64,000 nt of DNA from NCBI GenBank assembly GCA_027923505.1, contig BROI01000002.1, positions 1,922,001 through 1,986,000 on the forward strand, in the 5' to 3' direction. This document shows positions 8,967 to 20,198 of the stretch, piece by piece. Under the pieces are notes generated by a model. That model was not told the DNA's origin. It did not search any database and was given only the letters and a program-made list of their open reading frames with translations. The position numbers were made by a program, and so were the translations under genes. Position 1 is the first letter of the stretch. Every line of letters starts with the position of its first letter. Source of the DNA: Mayamaea pseudoterrestris (taxonomy: Eukaryota).

Positions 8967-11099
8967 ATGGTGGCTCATCACCGTAACAAGCGGGCGCGAC
9001 GAGTGCTGCCGTCGTCGAGTAAAGCTAATGTCGAGTTTCGTCCTGACGCCAATTGGAGGTCACATTTTGTGACGCTTGCGACGGCCGAAGAAGAGGTGCG
9101 TCGCTTATGCAGCTTTCGATACGACAAGCCTGACCATGGATGTGTCGGTGACCTTGATTCAGTTTTCAACCTGATTGTCAAACTACGGTCAATCCTAGTT
9201 GATGATTTGACATTCACGGACTACGGCGACGATTGCGGCGACACTGACGACCACAGAGACACTGATGAACTCAGACTGTCGTCGTTCCCTTTAAGTGGAG
9301 GAAACATTATACACAATACACAAGCCAAAGATTCTGCAATCAATATACATTACTCTGAAAGGTTCGTTGCAGCAATGGACGTCAAGCTCGTCAAGCAAAC
9401 ACATGGTTTCTTGATCCATCTGTTAAGTCACACTTCCTCACTGTACGCTACCTCAACTGAACAAGATCCCGACTCACTAAACTACAAGCAATCTACGCAT
9501 CATGTTTTGAAATGTATCATTCAGACATGCAAAACTTTGGACGTGCTGTATCGAAGTCGACTGATTCCAGACAATGTTAACAATGACAAACGCCGGCTGC
9601 TGTCAATAATGGAATGCCAGGAAGCCTTCATCACATGCGTGAGAATGCTGGAACTGTCAAGCTTGATAGAAGCTGCTGAAGGCTATTGCACGAATTGCGA
9701 GAGGGATGATGAGGCTCGTGACGATAGCGACATTTGCGACATTGAAATCAAGATAACGCGTCTATTTGTCAGTGCGAAAAGCTCCTGTCTCGTCGTTCTC
9801 AGCCAGCTGGGGCCATACATTCAATCAGCAAAGATGACTTCGTTCAAAACTATTGTTGACGCAGGCTGCCGAATGAATGGATTGTTGCAATGGACGAGAG
9901 GTCTACTAGAATTTTTCGTTAAGAGTCCTGATGTTCAAACGAGCCATATAGCCAGCATTGCTGTGGCTGCAATTATTGACGCCGACAAGTTGTCCAGCTT
10001 GAATTGCTGTCTACCGAAAACAAAAGAACCAATCTTCCAAACTTACTGTTCCTTGCTCATGCGGACGACTGCAGTAACAGAAAACGCTTTCGTGGCAATT
10101 ATCGATCATCTGGACAACGCAAGTCGCCAGTCTGATTTCGATAGTCATCTTTCAGCCGACTGCATGGAACTGTTATGCGCGAAATATTTGCAGTTCCAAA
10201 GTACGAGGGAGCAATCACATGATCGTATTATTCAGGCCATGCGGCGACTCTTTCAAAGAACAAGATACGAAACAAGACGCGTACTTCCAGCCCTAGAATG
10301 GTGCCGTCGAAACAATCTACTGGCACTTATCGTTGATGATCCAGTCGAGTGCACACCAAAGAGACTAATTGCTTGTTTGCTAAAATTCCTTATGGACCAG
10401 CAAACGTCAAAAGGTCTGCTCAACTCACTTGGCCTGATTCGGCTGCGTCATCAAGAGAGCACAGCAGCAAAAGTGCTTCTGAGCATCATGACCATGCTAT
10501 TTGATGATAGCGGTGTAAGAGCAAACACACATTGTAATTCCATTTTAGAGTCTATACCGGGCACGGACCTTGTGAGCATATGTACGGTGCTGATGGAGCA
10601 TAACAATCTGGCAGTGGTTTGCGTCGTTACAGTCTGGTTGTGTGACAAATTGGCAAACGCTTCCCACGAGCTCTTGATCCAAGTCCCAAACTCCTTGGCA
10701 AGCCTGGGAGCAGTGGCGCTAGACCTATTGAGGAACGATTGGCAATTGGAGCTTATCGGAACAATAGTTACGCTGTGGAACAAGCTCGCCGCGCGAATGG
10801 ACAGTACCGTCTCCGCTTTGCTGACACGACAGTCATCCGTCATCTCTGCCCTACTTAAAATATTATTACAGGACAGTGTACCAGACGCACCAAGACTTGC
10901 TGCAACTCACGTGCTGGTGCTGCTCTCAAATGACGTTTGCAATCGACGTATTTTGGCGTGCCACAATGGACTGCTCCCCGGCTTGATTCGAGCGACACGT
11001 GAGTTCCATTTCAAGTCAACTAGATTAAAAGGCTCACCCATTGAGTTGACGAGAGACTCCATCAAGATGTGTATCATGAATCTCGCTGTTGCACTTTAG
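8967..11099 (+). CDS. Uncharacterised 710 aa helical protein with a possibly ARM-like C-terminus
   Basis: Long uninterrupted Leu-rich ORF; C-terminal AATHVLVLLSNDVCNRRILA is armadillo-like. Confidence 0.65.
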   Translation: MVAHHRNKRARRVLPSSSKANVEFRPDANWRSHFVTLATAEEEVRRLCSFRYDKPDHGCVGDLDSVFNLIVKLRSILVDDLTFTDYGDDCGDTDDHRDTDELRLSSFPLSGGNIIHNTQAKDSAINIHYSERFVAAMDVKLVKQTHGFLIHLLSHTSSLYATSTEQDPDSLNYKQSTHHVLKCIIQTCKTLDVLYRSRLIPDNVNNDKRRLLSIMECQEAFITCVRMLELSSLIEAAEGYCTNCERDDEARDDSDICDIEIKITRLFVSAKSSCLVVLSQLGPYIQSAKMTSFKTIVDAGCRMNGLLQWTRGLLEFFVKSPDVQTSHIASIAVAAIIDADKLSSLNCCLPKTKEPIFQTYCSLLMRTTAVTENAFVAIIDHLDNASRQSDFDSHLSADCMELLCAKYLQFQSTREQSHDRIIQAMRRLFQRTRYETRRVLPALEWCRRNNLLALIVDDPVECTPKRLIACLLKFLMDQQTSKGLLNSLGLIRLRHQESTAAKVLLSIMTMLFDDSGVRANTHCNSILESIPGTDLVSICTVLMEHNNLAVVCVVTVWLCDKLANASHELLIQVPNSLASLGAVALDLLRNDWQLELIGTIVTLWNKLAARMDSTVSALLTRQSSVISALLKILLQDSVPDAPRLAATHVLVLLSNDVCNRRILACHNGLLPGLIRATREFHFKSTRLKGSPIELTRDSIKMCIMNLAVAL

Positions 11100-11365
11100 T
11101 AGGAACCGCAATCAGGTTTGCTTAAACCTCACGACACTGTCCTTTTTTTACGCAACCCTATAAAAGTCAAGTGCATTCATCGACAATTTATATACACATT
11201 TAGGAATAATGTTAGGCGAATGCACTGTCTGAAGTAGGGTGAGAGGTTGAGCGAAACACAAATAAATAGAAGCACATCAGGTGGATGTTTTGCTTTGGGT
11301 AGCTAGTTGGGTGCCACAGCGACGACGATCCGTTTCTGGAAATCGACAACGCGCACATCCTCACA

Positions 11366-12196
11366 ATGGCAACTTGCACCAACCAAGACGCAGCAACCGA
11401 TTTTTGCAAGTGTGGCTCAATCATCACAACAATGCCAGGAGTTCATGGCCGAGTGGCTCTAGTCACGGGAGCTTCCAAGGGTATCGGTTTGGCGACGGCC
11501 AAGCTCTTGGAGCAACAAGGTGCCATTGTCGTTGGCGTCGCTCGTACAGAGGCTGATTTACAGGCGTCTGGATTGAAACATACGCTGGTCGCAGACTTGT
11601 CATTAGAAGAGGGATGCCAATATGCCGTGGAAGAAACAAAGCGTCGCTTAGGAGTGGACGGAATTGACATTTTGGTCTGCAACCATGGCATTGGAACGGC
11701 TCACGAGACGAGATTGGACCTGACGGACGTTGATTCCTATCATTTATCCATGCGTACAAACTTGGATGGACCATTCTACTTGACACGACTTGTCATGCGC
11801 GACATGGTTGCCAAGAAGTATGGCCGCTGCGTCTATACATCATCAACAGCTGCCACGGAGGCAGAAGCAAACGGCGTTGGCTACAATACTAGCAAGGCAG
11901 GACTATGTGGCCTCATGCGGAGCGTCTGTCAGGATGGAGGACCATTCAATGTTACTGCAAACGCTGTCCTTCCGGGGTGGGTTCGAACGGAACTTGCCGA
12001 GCAGAGTGCGCAGGTGGAAGCCACGAAGCGCGGCATCAACGTTGACGATGTATGGAAGGAACGGGCAGCCCTATGCAGCGCGAAACGAGTCATCACCCCG
12101 GAAGAAGTGGCACATACAATTCTTTTTCTTGCTTCGGAGGAATCGAGTGGCGTTAGCGGAGAGTCAATTCGAGTTTCGCTTGGTTGTCCCTACTGA
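11366..12196 (+). CDS. Classical short-chain dehydrogenase/reductase
   Basis: TGASKGIG Rossmann motif, DILVCNHG, catalytic YNTSK, NAVLPGWVRT. Confidence 0.92.
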   Translation: MATCTNQDAATDFCKCGSIITTMPGVHGRVALVTGASKGIGLATAKLLEQQGAIVVGVARTEADLQASGLKHTLVADLSLEEGCQYAVEETKRRLGVDGIDILVCNHGIGTAHETRLDLTDVDSYHLSMRTNLDGPFYLTRLVMRDMVAKKYGRCVYTSSTAATEAEANGVGYNTSKAGLCGLMRSVCQDGGPFNVTANAVLPGWVRTELAEQSAQVEATKRGINVDDVWKERAALCSAKRVITPEEVAHTILFLASEESSGVSGESIRVSLGCPY

Positions 12197-12695
12197 GTTT
12201 GCACAGAGTGCTTTACAAATCTCCTCCATGAAAGCTTTCGGAGGACACAAACTTTTCCATTCAAATCTCTTGAGGGACGTATACTTCATGCGCATGACGC
12301 GTGTATCGAGCTCGTGATGCTCACCTCTCATCGAACGAGAGATACAAACAGCTTTGCTGCTGATGCACAGAACTCTGTCCGATCCCAACTGGGTTTGGGC
12401 AATGTCAATGGTCTAATACCGGAGGTTCATCTGTAAGGAAGCATGAAAAGTGGGATATTGTAGGAAAATGTTGCAACGAGTATAATACATTGAGCTCTCG
12501 ATGCGAAAATAAAGAACGAGCTGGTGTAGTTGTGAGTAACGGTCTGACGTGAATGTTGGTGATTAACCCTAACCGTAAGTTGGCGAGCGCCTCGCGAAAA
12601 ATCGCGTTCGGTGGATCCACCTCGTCGCACAACACATCCGAATCTTGTTCACGCCATTGTCCTGGACCAAGCCATTGACAGCCATAACAGCAACC

Positions 12696-14151
12696 ATGAC
12701 GGCTCCCAAGAAATACATCAAAGTCGGCGGCGTGATGAAGCTGAATCCCGAGTACAAAAAGTACCAGGAGAGTCAGTCGGGCGGTCAGGCCGCCACCACG
12801 GTGGCTCGTCCCGACATTGCCCTTCCAGTTGTTTCCACCATGGAGGATTACGCTCAATTCAATCAAGACTTGGGAACGAATACTCCATTGTCCGAGTCAA
12901 CTAGCGCGACAATTGAAATGCTGCAGGACCCAGAAGTTTGCATGTCGGCTGGGAGTGAGTATTGCTTTCCAACGTGCCTTCTGGCTGAGGATAGTTCGAA
13001 CGAGTAGACAAGTTCCATTTTCATCCAGTTAGTATTCTCATGATGTACTTCTTCTTTATCTCTTCATTTATGCAGTGTCTGCCGATACGATTATTGATCA
13101 GCTCGGCTCTGTACTTGGCAAGTACGAGGTGCCGATTGGCCTCATGAACAAGCTCATGGTTCTCACCGAGTTTCAATCGCTAGAGTTCATCATTGACGAC
13201 TCTGGATCCATGGGAAATCGATCAGATTCAATTGACAAGGCAACGGGAAGGCCGCATACTCGTTGGACGGAAGCAAAGGAGCGTTTGAAGGAAATGCTCG
13301 AGGTCCTTGCATACGTTCCATTCAACCAGATTGGCATTGAGTTTTTGAACCGACCGGACCGCATCAATTTGACTCGCAATGGCCGCGATCCAAAGGCCTT
13401 TCTCGCGGAAGCATACCATCAGGTGGATGCTGCATTCACGTCAGGTCCTCGTGGAACGACGCCTGCCTTTGAAAAGCTGAGCGCTTCCTTTAGTCGCGGC
13501 CAGGGCGCCAACATTGCGCGTTACTTTTTTGGAGACGGCATTCCCAATGGCGGCGAGCAGGCGCAAAAGGCCATTGTCGACTTGCTTAAGAATCGTCAGA
13601 ATCCGTCGGGCAATCCACTGACCTTTATGAGTTGCACGAACGTGGATGAGGATGTGGAATGGATGAAGGATGCTGAAGAGGTTGCGCCGTACTGCTCCGA
13701 GTCGGATGATTTTGCGGATGAAGCTGCAGAAGTGATGCGCGACCAGGGTGCAGCCTTGCCGTATACTCGTGGCTTCCATCTCATTTGCCAGCTGGTAGCT
13801 GCCATGTTTCCAGAGGATCTTGATGCAATGGACGAGTCGGTCCCCTTTACCAAGACCACATTGGACAACCTCTTGGGTATCCAGACGAATGAAGAATCTT
13901 ATCGCCAGTATTTCAACGAGTTTGTCAAGGCGCAGGGTGCTCGCAAGATTGAAACCAAGAGCGACAAGTTGAAAAAGACGTTCGAGTGGGACTATGAGGA
14001 ATTCCGACGTGCGCCAACCTCTAGCCAGATCCCTGCCGTGCAGCAATTCAAACAGCAAGTGAAGGAGATGGATCACAAGCCAAAAGGCATTGGTGGTTTT
14101 TTTAAACATGTCATGGCGCCAAAGGGAGACAAGAAGTCTAAACCAAAGTAG
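12696..14151 (+). CDS. von Willebrand factor A domain protein; intron 12955-13075
   Basis: MIDAS motif FIIDDSGSM, GTTP, FFGDG.PN; the GTGAGT...TGCAG intron joins the ORFs in frame. Confidence 0.8.
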
Positions 14152-14469
14152 AGCCTTGATGGTGGACAAGAACTCAACGTCAATAATATTTAATCTAGCC
14201 TACGTAAATTTTATTTGTTGTCACACTCTTCTACCAGCTGATGTTGCCGAGCCACTGGTAGCTATATAAACTTGCTTTTTCCTTTGGCATACATTAGCTG
14301 CACTTGTGCTATCATACAACATCATCGCGCCATCAAGGTATCATCCGTCGCTTCGGTACTCTGTTATTTTCGTCGTCTGGACGAGACGGCGACGAAACCC
14401 CTTCATTTTTTACACCAAGAGCTCAAAACATCGTGCATTCATACTAATCATACAAGGCCTAGGAGCATC

Positions 14470-14826
14470 ATGTCTTCTATATCCATGGGAACCGCAAAGC
14501 AGGTCGTCAGGCCGCCGCAACGAGGCATTTTCCCACTGGATCACATGGCGGAATGCACCGAAAAGATGCAAGCCTACTTGGACTGTTTGCAAACCAACAA
14601 GGACGTTCACCACAAGTGCCGTGAACCGAGTCGACTCTATTTGGAGTGTCGAATGGAACGAGGATTAATGTCGAAAGAGAATCTTGACAATATGGGCTAC
14701 GGAGATGACAATCGAGTGGAAGGAGCGAAGGAATACGACAAGCAGAGGGAGATTGCCGGCTTCACGGCCGGAACGCACATTACAGCACACGAAAAGTGGT
14801 GGTTCCAAAGATGGTTCGGAGGATGA
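14470..14826 (+). CDS. COX19: Cytochrome c oxidase assembly factor Cox19 (twin CX9C)
   Basis: PPQRGIFPLDH..EC, C-x9-C...C-x9-C, YLECRMERGLM. Confidence 0.88.
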   Translation: MSSISMGTAKQVVRPPQRGIFPLDHMAECTEKMQAYLDCLQTNKDVHHKCREPSRLYLECRMERGLMSKENLDNMGYGDDNRVEGAKEYDKQREIAGFTAGTHITAHEKWWFQRWFGG

Positions 14827-14895
14827 ACAATAGATTTTTTATTGTACAGAGAATGGGAGAAGATGTGTATATGTTTCTGACTATTTAGTCGTCCT

Positions 14896-16197
14896 TTATT
14901 CGTCCTCATCCAACGCCACATAGTTGCTTTCGATTGCATTCGCCAGCGTCCATCGTTCAGCTGGATTAATGACAAACGAATGCTCCAAGAGTTGCATGGC
15001 GTGTCGTCCAAAGTTTAGGTGCGCCATGGCTCGGTTCAGCAAGTCCCGAGCCTCGTTGCTTCGCGCATCAACATCATCATCTTTGCCTGGTCGATGCAGC
15101 TCCATCAACACTTCCACCGTTCGTTCATTGACTGGATTACTAGAGAGTCCCTTGGCCAAAATAAAGTAGCGAAACACAATATCGCAAGGATGTGGAAGAT
15201 GGTAGAGTATTTGATTCGTGGAAAGGTTATAGAAAATCACCATGGCGCTCCAAAGGTCGGCCGCCACGCCGTCAAAGACTCGGTCGCGAAATATTTCGGG
15301 TGATTGCCACGCACGGGTTCCAGAGTTACCATGCGGAAGAATCAATGTTCGTTGCTGCATTTCAATGTACTTGTTGCTGCTACCGTTTCGTCTCTTGACA
15401 GTCGCTTGCGGTATGCGATCGCTCAAGGCCAGGTCGAAAACAACCAAGTTGTCGGGGCTCAGAAACAGAAAATTGTCGGGAGATAGGTCGCGATGAGCCA
15501 GTTGGTGCTGCTCCAGATACAGTAGAATGGCAAGGATCTTGCGAAATATGTTTCGTATACGCTCTGGAGGCAAAACTTCGCGCTTGTGCCACGGAATAAA
15601 GTCCTTGAGAGTGCCTTCGGTGCATGCCTTGGGTGTGATAATATATAAAAATGACTCATCTTGCAAAGCCTCAATGCACTGCAAGACATGAATGTTGTCT
15701 CCATGCTCCTGCATGAGTGCAATTTCCTTGTATGGATTCTCATGTCCACCTCGTCTCAAGTACTTTTCGACGGCAGCCTTGTTGAGCTGCTTGATGGCGA
15801 CAAACTGAGGTTCGCTGGGAGCCCGAAAGCTAGTTGTGTTTGAAACCAATGGATATATGCATGCAAATTGTATACAACCCCAGTTTGGATCGTGATGATT
15901 CAGTGAAATTGGTTCCTTTCCAGGTATTAGTGCGTAGGCTTGCTTTGGATGATCGGCACGCATCAAGTAGATTGGTGGAACGTCCATCGACTGCTTGTGT
16001 AGGACTTGTGCATGTTGAGGCCTACATATTGCCCGGTGAATGACAGGATGATACTCTTCTATTACGGGAGGCTGTGGAGGATGTTGTTCAAGCTCTGAGA
16101 ATGTCAAGCGAGAACCTGGTGTCGGTATCAGCTGCGACGGAACATTTGAACGAGGAAGATGGTTGCCATTTGTAGTGCCACCTGCATTATCATTCAT
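14896..16197 (-). CDS. Ser/Thr protein kinase (CAMK-like, atypical motifs)
   Basis: VAIK, ENPYKEI, HRDLSPDN, FDLA (at the DFG position), GT...SPE, DLWS, INPAER. Confidence 0.85.
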   Translation of the reverse strand: MNDNAGGTTNGNHLPRSNVPSQLIPTPGSRLTFSELEQHPPQPPVIEEYHPVIHRAICRPQHAQVLHKQSMDVPPIYLMRADHPKQAYALIPGKEPISLNHHDPNWGCIQFACIYPLVSNTTSFRAPSEPQFVAIKQLNKAAVEKYLRRGGHENPYKEIALMQEHGDNIHVLQCIEALQDESFLYIITPKACTEGTLKDFIPWHKREVLPPERIRNIFRKILAILLYLEQHQLAHRDLSPDNFLFLSPDNLVVFDLALSDRIPQATVKRRNGSSNKYIEMQQRTLILPHGNSGTRAWQSPEIFRDRVFDGVAADLWSAMVIFYNLSTNQILYHLPHPCDIVFRYFILAKGLSSNPVNERTVEVLMELHRPGKDDDVDARSNEARDLLNRAMAHLNFGRHAMQLLEHSFVINPAERWTLANAIESNYVALDEDE

Positions 16198-16695
16198 GAC
16201 GAGAGCCAATAAACTTCCACACCGGGCTCTTCTTTTCAAAGTCGAGGAAGCGAGAGTTGTAGGCCTTTGTTAGATATTCTAGTCTCAGCTGAATGGTGCG
16301 CATCCGACACCATGGCCGATTTTTGATGTACTGTGGTTTCTTTCAGTACCGGTACGAGGGCGAGTTTAGCTCAACGCTCGCGATGATTCGGGACCTACAG
16401 CGAGATAAAGAATAAGTCTGATAGGAACGAAATCAATTGCAAGAAGCTAATATATACTGCTTAATTGTATGTACCGGTACACCCAAAATATTCAGAATGA
16501 AGCGTCTGCGTGTTCATGTCTTGGTCAAATTCAGCTGCAGCTTCTGCTGCTCGACCCGGCGAGTTTTTACAATTGACATTAACTATAACAAAGTTGCTAT
16601 CGGTAATGAGATCAAGTAACTGTTTAACATTCGAAAAAACGGTGTATTTGCAGAAACACGCGTAACGGAACGTCTAAACCAGCTCCCATCGCCTC

Positions 16696-17166
16696 TTACC
16701 CTTCGTTCCGCTTGGGCAGACTACCATCTCCACCAGCACATGCCGGCGACGCCGCAATCATCACGTCTCCACCTCCTTGCTCGTCCAGCATTGCCTGCCA
16801 CTGCGCCGGCGTCTTGCACACAATTGAGAGCGCATGTACAGGTCCCTTTAATTGCTCAGCCAAGGCGGCATTGACCATTCGGTGACGCGCCACTGGACTC
16901 TTGACGGCAGTAAATGCATCGCTGACCACTACGACTTTAAAGTGCGTTTCCGATCCTTTTGGTACATTGTGACGATGCGATTCATTCATGACTTGTAGAT
17001 GGAGTGGCTGGAATGCTTGGCGTAGGTTTTGCTCGATGGCAGCTTGCACCGGAAAATTTGAATCTTCGGTTGTGGACATGCTTGTAGAAAGTCGATGGCT
17101 TAGTTGACGATGAGATATAGGTGTTCGTCGAATGGATACGGCTTGCTGGAATGCAAGACGAAGCAT
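16696..17166 (-). CDS. BolA-family protein with an organellar-type presequence
   Basis: NESHRHNVPKGSETHFKVVVVSDAF, RHRMV, VHALSI..KTP. Confidence 0.92.
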   Translation of the reverse strand: MLRLAFQQAVSIRRTPISHRQLSHRLSTSMSTTEDSNFPVQAAIEQNLRQAFQPLHLQVMNESHRHNVPKGSETHFKVVVVSDAFTAVKSPVARHRMVNAALAEQLKGPVHALSIVCKTPAQWQAMLDEQGGGDVMIAASPACAGGDGSLPKRNEG

Positions 17167-17453
17167 GGTCGTGTACCGTAGTGAAATGAATGAAACGGAA
17201 CGAGATTCAACCGCGCCGTCGCGGGGGCCGCGCCACTGTCACTCGATGTCGCACCAAAACTCAATAGTGGACGCACAGTTTCCACGCGTTACTAACTTTT
17301 GCATCCTTTGATCATAATCATTATCGATAAAGTCATCGATACTTCTATAGCTCAATTTGAGTCGCTAGCAACCATAGAGAAGATCATTTTCTGCGAAATA
17401 GAGGCGACTGCAGCGGACGCGAACACTCCAAACTCCAAACGTCACAGTTTGTC

Positions 17454-18773
17454 ATGACTCGACTATGCAGTTTCTTCCTCCTGCTGACAGCAGCAGCAAA
17501 GGCCGCGGAAACGACAACTAAACCAACATTTCGAGCCAAAAACATAGACTACTTTGACGCTGAAACGCTTGCCTACTACCTCGAGGAACCAACCGATTCT
17601 TCGCAACCACGACATGACTACGACGTTGCCGTCATGTTTTACGCAAGCTGGGACCAGAACTCGCACTCGCTCGCCCCAATGTACGGCAAGATTGCCCATT
17701 TGCTGCAGGCTGGAAGCAAGGAGAGTCGACTCATTTTGGGTCTCTTTGACTGCGAATTGAGTGCGGAACGCATGAAGCTATGCACGCAGGCTGGTGTGAC
17801 GCATTATCCAACCATTACGTTCATTTCACAGTCTGGACATTTGTTTGGATCCAAGTCGCCAAAACATGCCACCAAGTTCAAGGGAAACTGGCAGTATGGA
17901 GATGCTGTGTTGGACTGGCTCAACACCATGAGCGGCCTCAGTCAGTGGCATCGGGCTGGCTGGGGCAAGCGGATTCGTAGCTTTTTGTTTCGCAATCCGC
18001 GGCAGAAGAAGCCAGAGCTTCCTGTGGGATTACCGACAGCGAATAATGGATTGGTACAATCGTCCAAGATAGGCGAATCAGCTTCAGGAGTGGGTGGAAC
18101 GGCAGCTACTTCGGCTGCGTTAGCAAAAGCAGAAAAGGACGCCAAGGATTACAAGGACTTGGCCATGCGAGGTGCCATTATGATGGAAGCCATTCTATTT
18201 CCCATGACGAGTGAGTCGTCCCGAAACAATACTGCGCTTCTCATGAGCGATGGTGGTAAAAATTATACCGACATGTTTGCCGAGCTCACCTTTCACGATG
18301 CTTGGGATTCCAAGGAACCCAAGCACATTGTGCAAATGAGCTGCGTGTTGGAGATTGCGCTCGACTATTGTCAACGCGTCACGTCGGAGGCGACCAACGA
18401 ATTTATCAAGAATTTTGAAAGGCTTTCGCAGGAGGAGCAAGCGCAGGCGGACATGAGTGCGTTGCAGAAGCAGCTGGATGGCATGGTGAACGCGACGGAA
18501 CCATACTGCGCCATTCTCGAAGACTGCATTATCAGCATGTCTACGGCCGAGCAATGTCGACCAACAAACTGTCCGTTTAAGGACAAGGCAGCTTGCCGAT
18601 ACACAACGTCTTGCTTGGCGGATTCAATGATGGAAGATTACGCGACGGCACTGGGAGTCGATATAGCGGCTGGAAGCAGCAAAGCAACACCTGCTGGCGC
18701 GACTACTGCAGCAGAGGAGCGAAAAGCACAGGAGCAACCAACTAATAGCAAGAAGAACGCGTGGGGCATGTAG
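17454..18773 (+). CDS. Secretory thioredoxin-fold protein lacking CXXC
   Basis: Signal peptide; VMFYASWDQNS at the WCXXC position; FDC...LC...GVTHYPTI; Cys-rich C-terminal region. Confidence 0.75.
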   Translation: MTRLCSFFLLLTAAAKAAETTTKPTFRAKNIDYFDAETLAYYLEEPTDSSQPRHDYDVAVMFYASWDQNSHSLAPMYGKIAHLLQAGSKESRLILGLFDCELSAERMKLCTQAGVTHYPTITFISQSGHLFGSKSPKHATKFKGNWQYGDAVLDWLNTMSGLSQWHRAGWGKRIRSFLFRNPRQKKPELPVGLPTANNGLVQSSKIGESASGVGGTAATSAALAKAEKDAKDYKDLAMRGAIMMEAILFPMTSESSRNNTALLMSDGGKNYTDMFAELTFHDAWDSKEPKHIVQMSCVLEIALDYCQRVTSEATNEFIKNFERLSQEEQAQADMSALQKQLDGMVNATEPYCAILEDCIISMSTAEQCRPTNCPFKDKAACRYTTSCLADSMMEDYATALGVDIAAGSSKATPAGATTAAEERKAQEQPTNSKKNAWGM

Positions 18774-18870
18774 CATGGACTAGCTGGAGTAACGAGCCTT
18801 TTTCAAAATATATCGCTGAATATACACCTGCTAATTTAATAAATACGAGTAAGTAGTTCCTTACAATGTT

Positions 18871-20043
18871 CTATACCGGATCTTTGAGATACGTTGTCAG
18901 TTCTAGATAAAGATTCAACGAACGAACGTGTGAGGTATTAGACATAGATCTCCTTCGTCGCACAAATAAAAGCGTACCTAAACCATCCGGAATCGCGTCA
19001 GTCTCCTGATCCGAATACTCCAGTTTTGCCATGACAAGCCTCGTCTCTACAATATTTTGTTCCGCAAGCACTTGCATTCGGCCGCGATACTCGTCAAGCT
19101 GAAAGACAACGACATTGTCGGCGCATACGCGAGTCTTTTCCTGAATCATGCCAGCTTGCTCCAGTTGCAGCAAGTCCGAGAGGTATAAACTCTTTTCGTG
19201 ATCAATGAATAGAAAATCAATCATGTTCGAGTTGCGGTCGGGAAATAGGTGCTCCATGGTCGACTTGACGCTGGTGGATAGCTCGTTTGGAACGTGTTCC
19301 GGATCCTTGAGCTGCACAAAGGTCACATACTCTTGAACACCGGCGAGCTGCGCCATTTCCTTGGCAACCGCTTGGTTGGACGCACTGACATCAACCGTGA
19401 TGATATGAAACTTGACTTGATCAGTCGAAACCTCCAGCAGTGTATCAATCATGCGAACGAGCGAGTAACCACAGTAGGTTCCAATCTCCACCAGCACAAA
19501 CGGGTTTGCTCGATTTTCGAAATCCGTTTCGTAAGCTAATACTGCTTCCGCCAAGAATTTCTGCAACGTGCTTCCCTTTTCGTCTCCAACATGCATCATC
19601 CAGTGTCGCTTGTGACAAAAGTCATCGACAAGGTGCAACACGCGGGCGCGCGGCGTTGTCAGTTTGCTCAAAGGACCATCCGTCGAGTCATTGTGGAGAC
19701 CATTTCTAACGTACTGCAGCAAGGCTTGCTCGGTTCCTTGGTGAAAGGCCATGGCGCCATTGGATGGATCGCGGAGTTGCTTGTCGCTAGAAGCCTTGTC
19801 GTCGTCGTCATCGTCCGACGAGCCAAAGAGTGCGAATGGATCTTGCGGTTGTGTCATGGTGATTCGGTTTGAAAGTAAACTTTGTCTGATCTTCGATAGT
19901 GGTTGAAAGCCTGCTGCAGCAACTAGATATGATATCAACAAAAGTAGAGCATTCGCAGATGTTATGCGACTCATTCTATGAAGGAGCAATCCGATGAGAC
20001 TGCTGTTCTTTGTCGTCGCGCTTGGATTCGTGGTCGTTCCCAA
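18871..20043 (-). CDS. Catechol O-methyltransferase-like SAM methyltransferase; in-frame intron 18903-18977; start uncertain
   Basis: WMMHVGDEKG, VEIGTYCGYS, DFLFIDHEK..YL.DL, ADNV, DGLE after splicing. Confidence 0.85.
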   Translation of the reverse strand: MGTTTNPSATTKNSSLIGLLLHRMSRITSANALLLLISYLVAAAGFQPLSKIRQSLLSNRITMTQPQDPFALFGSSDDDDDDKASSDKQLRDPSNGAMAFHQGTEQALLQYVRNGLHNDSTDGPLSKLTTPRARVLHLVDDFCHKRHWMMHVGDEKGSTLQKFLAEAVLAYETDFENRANPFVLVEIGTYCGYSLVRMIDTLLEVSTDQVKFHIITVDVSASNQAVAKEMAQLAGVQEYVTFVQLKDPEHVPNELSTSVKSTMEHLFPDRNSNMIDFLFIDHEKSLYLSDLLQLEQAGMIQEKTRVCADNVVVFQLDEYRGRMQVLAEQNIVETRLVMAKLEYSDQETDAIPDGLGTLLFVRRRRSMSNTSHVRSLNLYLELTTYLKDPV

Positions 20044-20198
20044 AATCTTCGTGTCGTACCGGTGTCAATTTGTACCGCTACGACGTTTTAAAGTCGCGAC
20101 GCACACGCGACGACCACGAATCTGCACGAACATCACGTCGCGCAGTGATCCATCGACTGTTAACCTCGGCAACATTGTCTATAGAATATATCAGCAAG

